Shown here one piece after another: positions 17,331-26,214 of a DNA stretch of 64,000 nucleotides. The notes beneath the pieces were generated by a model. That model had not been told where the DNA came from. It searched no databases and saw only the letters and a list, made by a program, of their open reading frames with translations. A program made the translations under genes and the position numbers. The stretch's first letter is position 1. Each line of letters begins with the position of its first letter. Origin of the DNA: Kiritimatiellia bacterium (GTDB taxonomy: Bacteria; Verrucomicrobiota; Kiritimatiellia; RFP12; UBA1067); NCBI GenBank assembly GCA_024405265.1, contig JAKSOZ010000004.1:5289-69288 (forward strand), written 5' to 3'.

Positions 17331-17473
17331 TCGACTTCATTAAAAACAATTGGGGATTGAAGATACTGGCGCTATTACTCGCGTTAGTGGTCTATCATTC
17401 ACTTAAAACCAATTCCTCTTCCAGATATCAACATAATGACCGCACAATCTTCCAACCTAACCCCGGAGCATAA
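17327..17473 (+). CDS. 48-aa membrane peptide matching only the N-terminal anchor of CdaR/YbbR (mini-CdaR or gene remnant)
   Basis: Own translation from the ATGA overlap with the cdaA stop: MIDFIKNNWGLKILALLLALVVYHSLKTNSSSRYQHNDRTIFQPNPGA. Compare the B. subtilis CdaR N-terminus MDKFLNNRWAVKIIALLFALLLYVAV (recalled). No YbbR domains follow. Overlaps the ftsK start by 38 nt. Confidence 0.35.
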   Translation: MIDFIKNNWGLKILALLLALVVYHSLKTNSSSRYQHNDRTIFQPNPGA

Positions 17474-19937
17474 GTCGTATCTGGGGCTGCTCTTGTTCCC
17501 CATCGCACTTTTTCCGTTCGTCGCGCTTTTAACCTATGACTCGCGGGTCGTCACTTCTTATCCGCCTTTACCAAGTACCAACTGGATAGGAGCCCTCGGA
17601 GATCATTTCGCTTACTATGGCTATATGCTGTTCGGTCTAGCGATATGGATCGTACCTCTACTTTGCATCATCGCCGGTATTTGCCTGATTCTTGGGCGCA
17701 AAATGAACAGCATTCGCCGCGCATCATGGCTGCTGGCTATAGTCATCGCGTTATCGAGCCTCATTCAAGTAGCAGGTAATTACGGAGCGGGAATCAAAGC
17801 TGCTTCAGAAGCGATCAATATCGCCAACCCAGGAGGCGCTATCGGCTATTTGCTGATGACGAAGTGCCTCTCGCCGCTCCTCTCGGACTTCGGTTCCTCG
17901 GTCATTATGACCTCCTTTTTGCTAATCGCCATCGTTGCGGCTATCGGCGCACATAACCTTCTTAATTTCTTCCTGGCCATTTACCATTGGGCGATACTCG
18001 GTAAATATCTGAAGAACGTCGAACACAACGAAGCTCCGGCTTGGCGTAAAGAAGAACAAACCATCAACGCTTCTGACGCTTACGATCCGATCAAGGCGGC
18101 TTACGAAGCTAAAGCTGCCGCGCAGGCCCAGCTTAAAGCGGAGAAAGAAGAGGCAAGGGCGAGACGTCTGGCCGAACGTGAACAAGCGAGGGCCCTGAAA
18201 CTCGCAGAAAAAGAAGCTCTTAAGGCAGCGAAAGAAGCGGAAAAAGAAGCAGCGGCCGAGAAGAAAGTCGTCGCTCGCGCTAACGACAAACCGACGCCGA
18301 GTCACGAAGAAGGAAACAAAGACGAGCTCGGACCGTATATTCTTCCCGATGTCTCGCTTCTAAGCCCGCTCAAGAAGCAAGCTGCCGATCATGGTGACGT
18401 AGGCGAGATGTCCAAGAAACTGATCGATACCTTAAAACTCTTTGGCGTCGATGCAACTATAGCGTACACGATTCAGGGCCCGGTCGTAACGAAATATGCC
18501 GTCCAGCTTGAACCGGGCACGATGTACAGCGCGGTCACTAAGATCGAAAAGAATCTGATGGGCGCCTTGCACGCGAGATCACTTCGCATCGAAGCACCTA
18601 TTCCCGGAGAAGAAAATGTCGGCATCGAAGTGCCTAATCGCACGGCGATCGGCATCTCCTTCCGCGAAATCTTCGAATCCGAAGCTTGGAAGAAAGCTAA
18701 CCAGAAATGGGCCCTACCCCTTCTCTTCGGTAAGGACGCTGCGGGCAATGACCTCGTTGCGGATTTGGCGACAATGCCGCACATGCTCGTCGCCGGCGCT
18801 ACCGGCCAGGGTAAGTCGGTCTGTCTCAACGCGCTCATCAATGGCTTACTTATGACGCGCACGCCCGAGCAACTCAGATTCATAATGGTCGACCCGAAGT
18901 CGGTCGAATTCGCTTCTTACGCGTCGATCCCTCACCTTCTCGTCCCGGTAATCACCGATAACAACAAAGTGGTGGGCGCGCTTAACTGGGCGGTTGTAGA
19001 GATGGAGAAGCGCCTGAAGATGTTCGCGCGCGCGAAAGTCCGTAATATCGCCGACTTCAATAATCGTCCGCAGTTCACTCAGGTCGATATGTTCGGCGCA
19101 GATACCGAGGTTGCCTCGGATATGCCTAAGACCGTCCCCTACATCGTCATAATCATTGACGAAGTCGCAGATTTGATGCAAGCCGCAGCGAAGCAGGTAG
19201 AGCCCGGCATCGCGCGACTTACCGCGAAAGCTCGCGCCGCCGGCATTCACCTCATCCTCGCAACTCAACGTCCTGACGCGAAGGTCATTACGGGCACGAT
19301 CAAGGCTAACATTCCCGGACGCGTCGCCTTCAAGACGGCAACCGGCATCGACTCGAGAACTATTCTCGACGCCACCGGAGCTGAAAACTTGATCGGTCGC
19401 GGCGATATGCTCTTCAAAACGAAAGAAGGGCTCCTGATCCGCGCACAGGGCGCCTGGATTCAAGATATAGAAATCGAACGTATCACCTCCTTCATCGAAC
19501 AACACGCTGTTCAGAAGTTCGACGACAGCTTCACCAAGAAACTCGCTAAAATAAAAGAAGCTTCGCTTGAAGATGAAGATGAGGAGGAAAGCGAGGAAGA
19601 GGCCGCCGCCCAAAAGCAGGCTCAACGCGAGCAGGTCAAGGCTGATGAAAACGCAAGCGACTTCAAGAAGGCGATCGAGTGCATCATCAATACGAATCGC
19701 GCGTCGACCTCGCACTTCCAGCGCAAGCTCGGGTGGGGCTATAACCACTCGGCGAAGATCATGGATATGCTCGAGGAAGCGGGCATCATCGGGCCTCAGG
19801 TCGGAGCCGGTCCCAGACAAATCACTATGGACCAACAACAACTTCTCGCCATGTTCAACGGCACGGCAGAAAACGCTGCAGAGCAAATCGGCGATGATGC
19901 TTTGGAACAGGATTTATTCACTTCAGAGGAGCAGTAA
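17436..19937 (+). CDS. ftsK: DNA translocase FtsK
   Basis: N-terminal TM segments, a charged linker, a motor domain with Walker A GATGQGKS and Walker B IIIDEVADL, and a C-terminal gamma winged helix (STSHFQRKLGWGYNHSAKIMDMLEEAGIIG). Confidence 0.92.
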   Translation: MTAQSSNLTPEHKSYLGLLLFPIALFPFVALLTYDSRVVTSYPPLPSTNWIGALGDHFAYYGYMLFGLAIWIVPLLCIIAGICLILGRKMNSIRRASWLLAIVIALSSLIQVAGNYGAGIKAASEAINIANPGGAIGYLLMTKCLSPLLSDFGSSVIMTSFLLIAIVAAIGAHNLLNFFLAIYHWAILGKYLKNVEHNEAPAWRKEEQTINASDAYDPIKAAYEAKAAAQAQLKAEKEEARARRLAEREQARALKLAEKEALKAAKEAEKEAAAEKKVVARANDKPTPSHEEGNKDELGPYILPDVSLLSPLKKQAADHGDVGEMSKKLIDTLKLFGVDATIAYTIQGPVVTKYAVQLEPGTMYSAVTKIEKNLMGALHARSLRIEAPIPGEENVGIEVPNRTAIGISFREIFESEAWKKANQKWALPLLFGKDAAGNDLVADLATMPHMLVAGATGQGKSVCLNALINGLLMTRTPEQLRFIMVDPKSVEFASYASIPHLLVPVITDNNKVVGALNWAVVEMEKRLKMFARAKVRNIADFNNRPQFTQVDMFGADTEVASDMPKTVPYIVIIIDEVADLMQAAAKQVEPGIARLTAKARAAGIHLILATQRPDAKVITGTIKANIPGRVAFKTATGIDSRTILDATGAENLIGRGDMLFKTKEGLLIRAQGAWIQDIEIERITSFIEQHAVQKFDDSFTKKLAKIKEASLEDEDEEESEEEAAAQKQAQREQVKADENASDFKKAIECIINTNRASTSHFQRKLGWGYNHSAKIMDMLEEAGIIGPQVGAGPRQITMDQQQLLAMFNGTAENAAEQIGDDALEQDLFTSEEQ

Positions 19938-19939
19938 CT

Positions 19940-20515
19940 ATGGAATTCGGTAAAACACTCCGCGCGGCCCGCGAAGCAAGGGGCAAAACGATTGAAGAAA
20001 TCGCTCGCGAAACGCGGCTCATGTCTCAGATTATCAGTGATCTGGAGAATGAAAATATGAGCCGAATCGCAGCTCCGATTTACGGACGCGGTTTCGTAAA
20101 ACTATACTGCGAAGCGATTGGTCTTGAAGCGAAACCGATGATCGATCAATTCATGAACATCTATAACGGCAATCATGAACCGATAATCCTTGAAAAGAAC
20201 GATAGCGAGTCCGAGCCCTCAATTACCGAACCCGACCTGCTCAGTCCGACGCTCCCGACTGAGGAGCCGGCAATCTCCAGATATTCGGCGCCTATCAGCG
20301 AAGGCAGCTTGCCGTCCATGCCGACTATCAATCCCGCCGTTTGGAGAATTGCTATTGTAGCGGTCGTCGGCATCGCGATCATTTGGTTAATTTGCAAGAT
20401 TTTCATGGCACTTTTCAGCCTCTCTACGTCAGCCCCCTCGCCGGAAGAGCCGCGCATCATTCACGAGACCGAACCGCGCGAACAAGTCGAGATACCCGCC
20501 CTTTACATCGACTGA
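19940..20515 (+). CDS. RodZ-like HTH (XRE-type) membrane protein
   Basis: N-terminal HTH (FGKTLRAAREARGKTIEEIARETRL, IYGRGFVKLY) plus a single TM (VWRIAIVAVVGIAIIWLI). Confidence 0.55.
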   Translation: MEFGKTLRAAREARGKTIEEIARETRLMSQIISDLENENMSRIAAPIYGRGFVKLYCEAIGLEAKPMIDQFMNIYNGNHEPIILEKNDSESEPSITEPDLLSPTLPTEEPAISRYSAPISEGSLPSMPTINPAVWRIAIVAVVGIAIIWLICKIFMALFSLSTSAPSPEEPRIIHETEPREQVEIPALYID

Positions 20516-20530
20516 CTTACGTGATATAAT
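20502..20530 (+). promoter_or_regulatory. putative promoter of nagB with extended -10 (TTTACA-N17-TATAAT, TGn)
   Basis: TTTACA at 20502-20507 and TGATATAAT at 20522-20530. Located in the last codons of the RodZ-like gene. Confidence 0.45.
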
Positions 20531-20558
20531 TTTCTACACCTAAAACAAAGGAGTAACA

Positions 20559-21338
20559 ATGGAAGTCGTAATCTGCAAGACGAAAGAAGAAGCCTCGAAG
20601 CTCGCGGCCGATATGATTACCGCCGCCGTCAAGAAGAACCCCAAGACCGTCCTCGGTCTCGCTACCGGTTCGACGCCTGTTCTCATGTACAATGAGATGG
20701 CCAAGGCCGTTAAGGCGAAGAAGGTTTCTTATAAGGAAGTCAAGAGCTGGAACCTCGACGAGTACTATGGCCTCGCCGGCACTCATGACCAGAGCTATCG
20801 TTACTTCATGAACGAGAACCTCTTCAAGAAAATCGACATCAAGATCTCCAATACCCACGTTCTCAACGGCCTCGCCAAGGATCCCGAAAAGGAATGCAAG
20901 GCGTACGAGGCCCAGATCAAGAAAGCCGGCGGTATCGATATTCAGGTTCTTGGTATCGGCTCCGATGGCCACATCGCTTTCAACGAACCCGGCACCTCGC
21001 TCAATAGCCGCACCTCGATCGTTTACCTCACTCCTTCGACCGTAAAGGACAACGCTCGTCTCTTCTTCAATGGCGATATGGAAGCCGTTCCTAAGAGTGC
21101 GCTTTCCATGGGCGTCGGCACGATCTGCGAAGCGAAGAAGATCATCCTCCTCGCTTTCGGCGAAAACAAGCAAGACGCGATCAAGGGATGCGTCGAAGGT
21201 CCGATGTCGCAGTTCTGCACCGCGTCCGCCCTTCAGGCTCATAATGACGCGTGGATTTTCTGCGACGAAGCCGCCGCCAAGAAGCTCAAACTCAAAAAGT
21301 ACTACGCCTGGCGTAGCGCTACCAAGCTTGGACTCTAA
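20559..21338 (+). CDS. nagB: glucosamine-6-phosphate deaminase
   Basis: 259 aa with LGLATGSTP, WNLDEY and GIGSDGHIAFNEPG motifs. Confidence 0.92.
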   Translation: MEVVICKTKEEASKLAADMITAAVKKNPKTVLGLATGSTPVLMYNEMAKAVKAKKVSYKEVKSWNLDEYYGLAGTHDQSYRYFMNENLFKKIDIKISNTHVLNGLAKDPEKECKAYEAQIKKAGGIDIQVLGIGSDGHIAFNEPGTSLNSRTSIVYLTPSTVKDNARLFFNGDMEAVPKSALSMGVGTICEAKKIILLAFGENKQDAIKGCVEGPMSQFCTASALQAHNDAWIFCDEAAAKKLKLKKYYAWRSATKLGL

Positions 21339-21341
21339 GCC

Positions 21342-21566
21342 ATGGAAGACAACGGATTCATCAGTTTTCTTTGCGATAAGTGCAAAACCGAAATCGAAGC
21401 AACACTCGATTTGATCGGTCAGGACACGGAATGTCCCGCCTGCGGCGCTCATATCATCGTCCCCGATAATCGCGACGATGGTATTAAGCGCCATAGCGCC
21501 GATGAAGATGACGATCGTTCGCACCTTCTAAAGGGTCGCACCATTCGCATCGAATTGGATCTATGA
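21342..21566 (+). CDS. small acidic zinc-ribbon protein
   Basis: 74 aa with CDKC...CPAC and an acidic tail (DNRDDGIKRHSADEDDDRS). ATGA overlap with the nuclease gene. Confidence 0.55.
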   Translation: MEDNGFISFLCDKCKTEIEATLDLIGQDTECPACGAHIIVPDNRDDGIKRHSADEDDDRSHLLKGRTIRIELDL

Positions 21567-22606
21567 GCCACAAGAAGCGTCAAGGCCGCAAAACGCGTAA
21601 TTACGCGCGCAGGACACCGCTTTGGTTAAGCGTGCTTCTGGCGGCAGGCCTGACGCTCTTCAGCATCTTCTCGGTTTGGTATGTCCATCATCCGAGAAGA
21701 TGGCTTATCGCATATGAGGATATTTTGCCTAGCTATATTACAGCGGCGATTTATTCCTTCGGCAATCCCATAGGCGATATTACCGATTCGCTGGGATTAA
21801 CCGGCCACGACACCATCTACGAATACGACGAGCTGGCGCCGGAAAACAGTGTTCATTTCGCCGGGCTTCCTGTTCGCATCGGCTCTCCGGCTCCCGCCGA
21901 CATCCGAGTCCTTAATCGTGGTGATTTCATTATCGGTTGGTCCGACAGCCTTCGCCACCCGGTATGGGTCGCGTATCATGTTCCTGCAGAAGCGCGATTC
22001 CCTTCTTTAAGTCGGCCGGCCTTCACTAAGGACAAAGGACTCGAGCTTTCGCCAGCGCCGCAGGCATACACCAACTCCGGTATGGATCGCGGACATATGG
22101 CACCAAACTATGCAATCGCGACCAGATTCGGCGAAGGAGCTCAAAAGCTTACTTTTCAGATGAGCAATATCGCGCCGCAAACACCCCAACTCAATCGCGG
22201 TGTTTGGCGCGATGTCGAGCATCGAATTGCCGATTTATGGACGGCTAAATACGGAGAGATTTGGGTTATCGTCGGATGCTTCGGCAGCGTCAACGGTTCG
22301 CAGTTCATCATCTCCGACCATATCGAGATTCCTGAGTATTTCTATCAAATCATAGTAGCGCAAGAAGGCTACAACGTGCGTGCGATGGCAGTTCTCTTTG
22401 ATCAGGATGTGGGTTGGAACGACTGGGCTGCGCGCCACTTGATTTCCATTGATGAGCTCGAAGATTTGACGGGGCTCGATTTCCTAAGTGAGTTGCCCAG
22501 TTTCATTCAGAACCCGCTCGAAGCGGAACTACCTTCTCGCCTTTGGCCGGTAAAACCGACCGACGCGTTAAAATCGCTTTTAAATCACTTCGGCGGGAAT
22601 CGCTAA
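21563..22606 (+). CDS. membrane-anchored DNA/RNA non-specific endonuclease (Endonuclease_NS/NucA family)
   Basis: N-terminal TM (LWLSVLLAAGLTLFSIFSVWYV). Catalytic motif SGMDRGHMAPN followed by NIAPQ...N. Confidence 0.85.
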   Translation: MSHKKRQGRKTRNYARRTPLWLSVLLAAGLTLFSIFSVWYVHHPRRWLIAYEDILPSYITAAIYSFGNPIGDITDSLGLTGHDTIYEYDELAPENSVHFAGLPVRIGSPAPADIRVLNRGDFIIGWSDSLRHPVWVAYHVPAEARFPSLSRPAFTKDKGLELSPAPQAYTNSGMDRGHMAPNYAIATRFGEGAQKLTFQMSNIAPQTPQLNRGVWRDVEHRIADLWTAKYGEIWVIVGCFGSVNGSQFIISDHIEIPEYFYQIIVAQEGYNVRAMAVLFDQDVGWNDWAARHLISIDELEDLTGLDFLSELPSFIQNPLEAELPSRLWPVKPTDALKSLLNHFGGNR

Positions 22607-22619
22607 CCACCTTCCCGAC

Positions 22620-23492
22620 TTACCACACGAGCGCGCCTAGGGCGTCACTCATAAGACGACCGGCCGCTGTATCGCGCTCGACGGCGCTAGCCGAACCTAC
22701 GACAACGACAAGCGCGCGCTTGCCTTGGCGAGACCCTGTCAATACGATAGAACTTCCGCCGGCATCATGGTAGCCGGTCTTAAGACCATCGACTTCTTTC
22801 ATACGCCACTGCTTCTTCCAAAGGAAGTTATTGTGATTCTGCATATCCAGCAGGCGCCCGTCTCGAGCTTTTATTTCAGGAATATTCAGCGTTATGATCG
22901 AAGTATATTCAAGCGCCTCAGGCTGTTCTTTCAATATCGCGAGCCCAAGCTTCGCCAAATCAGCGGCCGTCGAGACGTCATAGCCGCGTTTCGAAGCACC
23001 CGGAGGATATCCGTTCGGCGTCACGTACTTCGTCGAAGTCATGCCCAAAGCACGAGCCTCCTCGTTCATCATTTCGATGAACGCAGCTTTAGACCCGGCA
23101 ACCTTCTCCGCGAGCATCACCGCCGCATCATTCGCACTTTTGACCATAATGGCCCCGAGAGCACTTTTAACCGATATCGATTCGCCCTCCTTCAAGCCAA
23201 GCGATGAAGGCTTCTCTTGAATCGCAACCCGACTGGCATAAACCCGATCCTCAAGATCCAACTTACCTTCCTTAATTGCCTTCAATGTCAAACGAAGCGT
23301 CATCAGTTTCGTACAACTCGCGGGGTAACATTCCTTGTTGGAGTTATCCTCACGCAGGACTCTACCGGACTGCACATCAATCGCAATCGCGCCTACATAA
23401 GGGGAGCGGCGATGTGCGGTCTGGACCGGACCTTTGTTTTGTGCCGGAAGCGCCGCAAACAAGAGAATTAACGAAAAAAGTAGCGAGTGCAT
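22620..23492 (-). CDS. D-alanyl-D-alanine carboxypeptidase (peptidase S11, low-MW PBP)
   Basis: Signal peptide plus SxxK (ASCTKLMT), SxN (KSANDAA) and KTG (LKTGYH). Confidence 0.85.
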   Translation of the reverse strand: MHSLLFSLILLFAALPAQNKGPVQTAHRRSPYVGAIAIDVQSGRVLREDNSNKECYPASCTKLMTLRLTLKAIKEGKLDLEDRVYASRVAIQEKPSSLGLKEGESISVKSALGAIMVKSANDAAVMLAEKVAGSKAAFIEMMNEEARALGMTSTKYVTPNGYPPGASKRGYDVSTAADLAKLGLAILKEQPEALEYTSIITLNIPEIKARDGRLLDMQNHNNFLWKKQWRMKEVDGLKTGYHDAGGSSIVLTGSRQGKRALVVVVGSASAVERDTAAGRLMSDALGALVW

Positions 23493-23499
23493 TTAACTT

Positions 23500-24324
23500 T
23501 TACTTGACGTATTTACGCGTAGCCTTCTGCAAAGCCTTCCAGAGAGCCTTCGAATCAGCGGCTTCGATAACAGACTTTCGGCTTTCGGCCTTGATAAACG
23601 ACTGCGTGATACCGGCCATAAGACGAAGATAAAACGCGGAAACGGCTACCGGGATAGCAGAAAGAAACACAATATTGACCTTAACTCCATCCCAATCGAT
23701 GCCCTTCTTGGAAATACCCATCGCGAGGGTAAGGCCACCCCCTTCAACTCCGCGAACATGCGGGAATGCGATACCTTCATCCATTGCCGTCGAAAGCACT
23801 TCTTCGCGCTCCATCGCCGCCGCCGCAAGACTATCGGCATTAGCGATGAAGTCATTGCTTTCCATCGCCTTCGCAAGCGTCTTGATAGCATCTTCGCGGC
23901 TCATGTCGTCCAAGCCGACAATCATCAAGTCTTCAGACGAGAAACGCGTGATCCCATCTTTAGGCTCGTCCTTCGAGGGTTGAGAGACGTTACGCGGCTG
24001 TTTCGCATCGGAAGCGAAAAGGACGCGACCGCAGCTAGAACACGTGACAAGATGCTGCGCGAGCTTAACCTGCTGGGCTTGCGCGATCGGAACCTGCATT
24101 CCGCATACCGCACAACATCCGTTATTCATAGCCGAGATAACGACATGACTTTTCTTATAGAGGCGATCATAGAGCGCCGAAACGGTAGGTTCAAGTTGCT
24201 CACGGATATTACCGATCGCATCATTAAGAGACTCCATGTGGCTTCCATCACCCGTCTGAAAGTGTTCATCACGAGTAAGCACGAGTTCCTGAAGTTGTCT
24301 TAAGGCATTGATTTGACTACGCAT
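23500..24324 (-). CDS. fusion protein: C4 zinc-ribbon (COG1579-type module) + PTS EIIA-2 (PtsN-like) domain
   Basis: N-terminal part LYDRLYKKSHVVISAMNNGCCAVCGMQVP...VTCSSCGRVLF. C-terminal part with the EIIA-2 signature GIAFPHVRGVEGGG...NIVFLSAIP. The start is taken at the second Met (MRSQINAL), which gives an 8-nt overlap with the upstream gene. Confidence 0.65.
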   Translation of the reverse strand: MRSQINALRQLQELVLTRDEHFQTGDGSHMESLNDAIGNIREQLEPTVSALYDRLYKKSHVVISAMNNGCCAVCGMQVPIAQAQQVKLAQHLVTCSSCGRVLFASDAKQPRNVSQPSKDEPKDGITRFSSEDLMIVGLDDMSREDAIKTLAKAMESNDFIANADSLAAAAMEREEVLSTAMDEGIAFPHVRGVEGGGLTLAMGISKKGIDWDGVKVNIVFLSAIPVAVSAFYLRLMAGITQSFIKAESRKSVIEAADSKALWKALQKATRKYVK

Positions 24325-24694
24325 TTTGATTAATCTCCATGTAGGAACGGATTCTTTCAAGCGTTTCCGCCGATAGAATATGTTCCATTATGCAAGCATC
24401 TTTGTCCGCGATAGCGGTCGAGACACCTAGTTTGATTAGAAAACTTTTGATCAGATTATGACGACGAAGGACCTGCGCCGCGGCACGAGAACCTTTAATG
24501 GTCAAACTTACCGGCTGATAGGGCTCTTGAACCGCCAATTCCTGCTTTTTCAAGTCTCGAAGAGTCTTGACTACCGTAGCCATTTTAACGGAAAGCATTT
24601 TTGCGATATCTCGGATTTGAGCGCCTTCACCCTTCCGCGATAAAAGATATATCGCTTCCAGATAGTCCTCTTGATTATGGGTAACCGTCGCCAT
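24317..24694 (-). CDS. DtxR/MntR-family metal-dependent repressor (HTH + dimerisation domain only)
   Basis: 125 aa with EDYLEAIYLL, VKMATVVKTLRDLKKQEL, and RHNLIKSFLIKLGV...ACIMEHILS. Confidence 0.75.
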   Translation of the reverse strand: MATVTHNQEDYLEAIYLLSRKGEGAQIRDIAKMLSVKMATVVKTLRDLKKQELAVQEPYQPVSLTIKGSRAAAQVLRRHNLIKSFLIKLGVSTAIADKDACIMEHILSAETLERIRSYMEINQNA

Positions 24695-24698
24695 AAGA

Positions 24699-25766
24699 TC
24701 ACTTCCCGAACGAGCTGGTCTTTTTCATAAGCGCCGCGAACTTAATCGCCTCGAGCGAATCTTCGAGCGTATATGGATAAGGCGCCGCCGTTCGAATCGT
24801 CGCGTACACCCGATGCCAAAATTCCGAAACTCCATGACCCGTGCCCGGTGGGAGTGTCACTTTCTCGGTCACGACCGGAATCTCTTCGTGCATATCGGAG
24901 ATTTCCGGAGTACGCACGGAGGATCGACGGCGAGGGAAGTTATGCTTCGGGTCTATGATTATGAGTTCGCCTTCAGTCGCTCCGGGTCGAACCGTAAACG
25001 TCCCTCGCTCCGCGCGAATCATGAACGACGGGCTTCTTGAAGGAGCAAGCACACCGCCATTGAATTCGACATCAGCCGAGATTTGGCCTCGCGTGCGAAG
25101 ATTCACGTGCGCATAGTCTTCAGCGTCACCTAGAGAAGCGATGCGTTTAAGCTCGCTCCACATCTGAATCGGGGGCAATGGCAACAATTTTAGCGCCTGA
25201 ATGATCAAATCAGTCATCGCATAATATGTCGCGCCTCCCCCCAGGCGCTTAACGACCTGCCAGTCGTCACGACGTATATAATCTTCCTGTCGAATGACGA
25301 TTTGGTGAATCTCACCGAGGCGGCTATCGGTCATCGCCATCTTAGCAAGCTGGAAGTCGGCATCAAAAAGTCCTCGCTGCATTGCGATAAGGCGATTCTT
25401 GGACTTCTGAGCTTGTCCTCGAAGGATCTGTGCATCTTCTAACGTTAACGCGATCGGCGTATCGAGAAGAGTCCAGAAACCCTTTTGCAGAGATTCCATC
25501 GCGTGCTTAACATGATCTACAGAGCAAGTGGAGATAACCACCAAATCGATGTCGCGCTCATCGAGCATATCCGTATACTGACGAAACATCTTGCACGAAG
25601 GGAAGTCCTTCGCTACAATATCACGGCGCTCTTTGATGATATCACAAGCGGCAACGACTTTAAATAACGAAGGGTGACGTTTGAATATAGGAAAATGGTC
25701 GAAGAACATGGACCTCCCCAGGCCCATGAGCGCGACCTTCAAAGGGGGTCTTTGATACTCGCTCAT
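24699..25766 (-). CDS. Gfo/Idh/MocA-family oxidoreductase
   Basis: 355 aa. N-terminal Rossmann-type segment LKVALMGLGRSMFFDHF, and length and pattern typical of the family. Confidence 0.8.
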   Translation of the reverse strand: MSEYQRPPLKVALMGLGRSMFFDHFPIFKRHPSLFKVVAACDIIKERRDIVAKDFPSCKMFRQYTDMLDERDIDLVVISTCSVDHVKHAMESLQKGFWTLLDTPIALTLEDAQILRGQAQKSKNRLIAMQRGLFDADFQLAKMAMTDSRLGEIHQIVIRQEDYIRRDDWQVVKRLGGGATYYAMTDLIIQALKLLPLPPIQMWSELKRIASLGDAEDYAHVNLRTRGQISADVEFNGGVLAPSRSPSFMIRAERGTFTVRPGATEGELIIIDPKHNFPRRRSSVRTPEISDMHEEIPVVTEKVTLPPGTGHGVSEFWHRVYATIRTAAPYPYTLEDSLEAIKFAALMKKTSSFGK

Positions 25767-25770
25767 ATTC

Positions 25771-26214
25771 TCATTTCCTTACAATTTCCGTGATAGCCGA
25801 AAGAAACTGCGCAACATCGGTAAACTGGCGATAAACACTAGCAAAACGAATATACGCTACTTCGTCGACACGATGAAGCTCTTCCATCACAAGCTCTGCT
25901 ATCCTATCGGCCTTCACTTCTTCGGAATCAAGCTTCGCGACGATATTGTCGATCATCGATTTGATTTGATCCTTAGATACCGGTCTTTTCCCGCAGGCAT
26001 GTTCGATCGCACACTCGATTTTCGCGCGTTGAAACGGTTGCCGCGATCCATCACGCTTAATCACCATTACCTCATCGCGCTCGATCTCTTCATAGGTGGT
26101 GAATCTCGATCCACAACTCAAACACTCGCGACGGCGGCGAATCGCCACTCCGTCTCTAGCGGACCGAGAGTCCAACACCTTATCATCATCTTTACCACAT
26201 TTTGGACACTTCAT
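25771..26214 (-). CDS. nrdR: transcriptional repressor NrdR
   Basis: MKCPKCGKDDDKVLDSR...CLSCGSRFTTYE zinc ribbon plus an ATP-cone. The start is set at the internal ATG, which forms an ATGA overlap with the rluB stop (26211-26214). Confidence 0.9.
   Translation of the reverse strand: MKCPKCGKDDDKVLDSRSARDGVAIRRRRECLSCGSRFTTYEEIERDEVMVIKRDGSRQPFQRAKIECAIEHACGKRPVSKDQIKSMIDNIVAKLDSEEVKADRIAELVMEELHRVDEVAYIRFASVYRQFTDVAQFLSAITEIVRK

Noticed and set aside
22094-22112. A sigma-54-like TGGCAC-N-(T)ATGCA sequence (tggcaccaaactatgca).
   Set aside because: It lies inside the nuclease coding region, codirectional with the gene, with nothing downstream to drive. The GC element is off-consensus in spacing (N6-ATGCA).
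22607-22619. The convergent junction between the plus-strand block and the 41-kb minus-strand block, considered as a possible terminator, dif site or replication terminus.
   Set aside because: Only 13 nt separate the two stop codons. Only a weak GGGAA/TTCCC stem, partly inside coding sequence, is present. No XerCD/dif-like 28-mer was recognised. Strand-block structure alone is insufficient to call a terminus.
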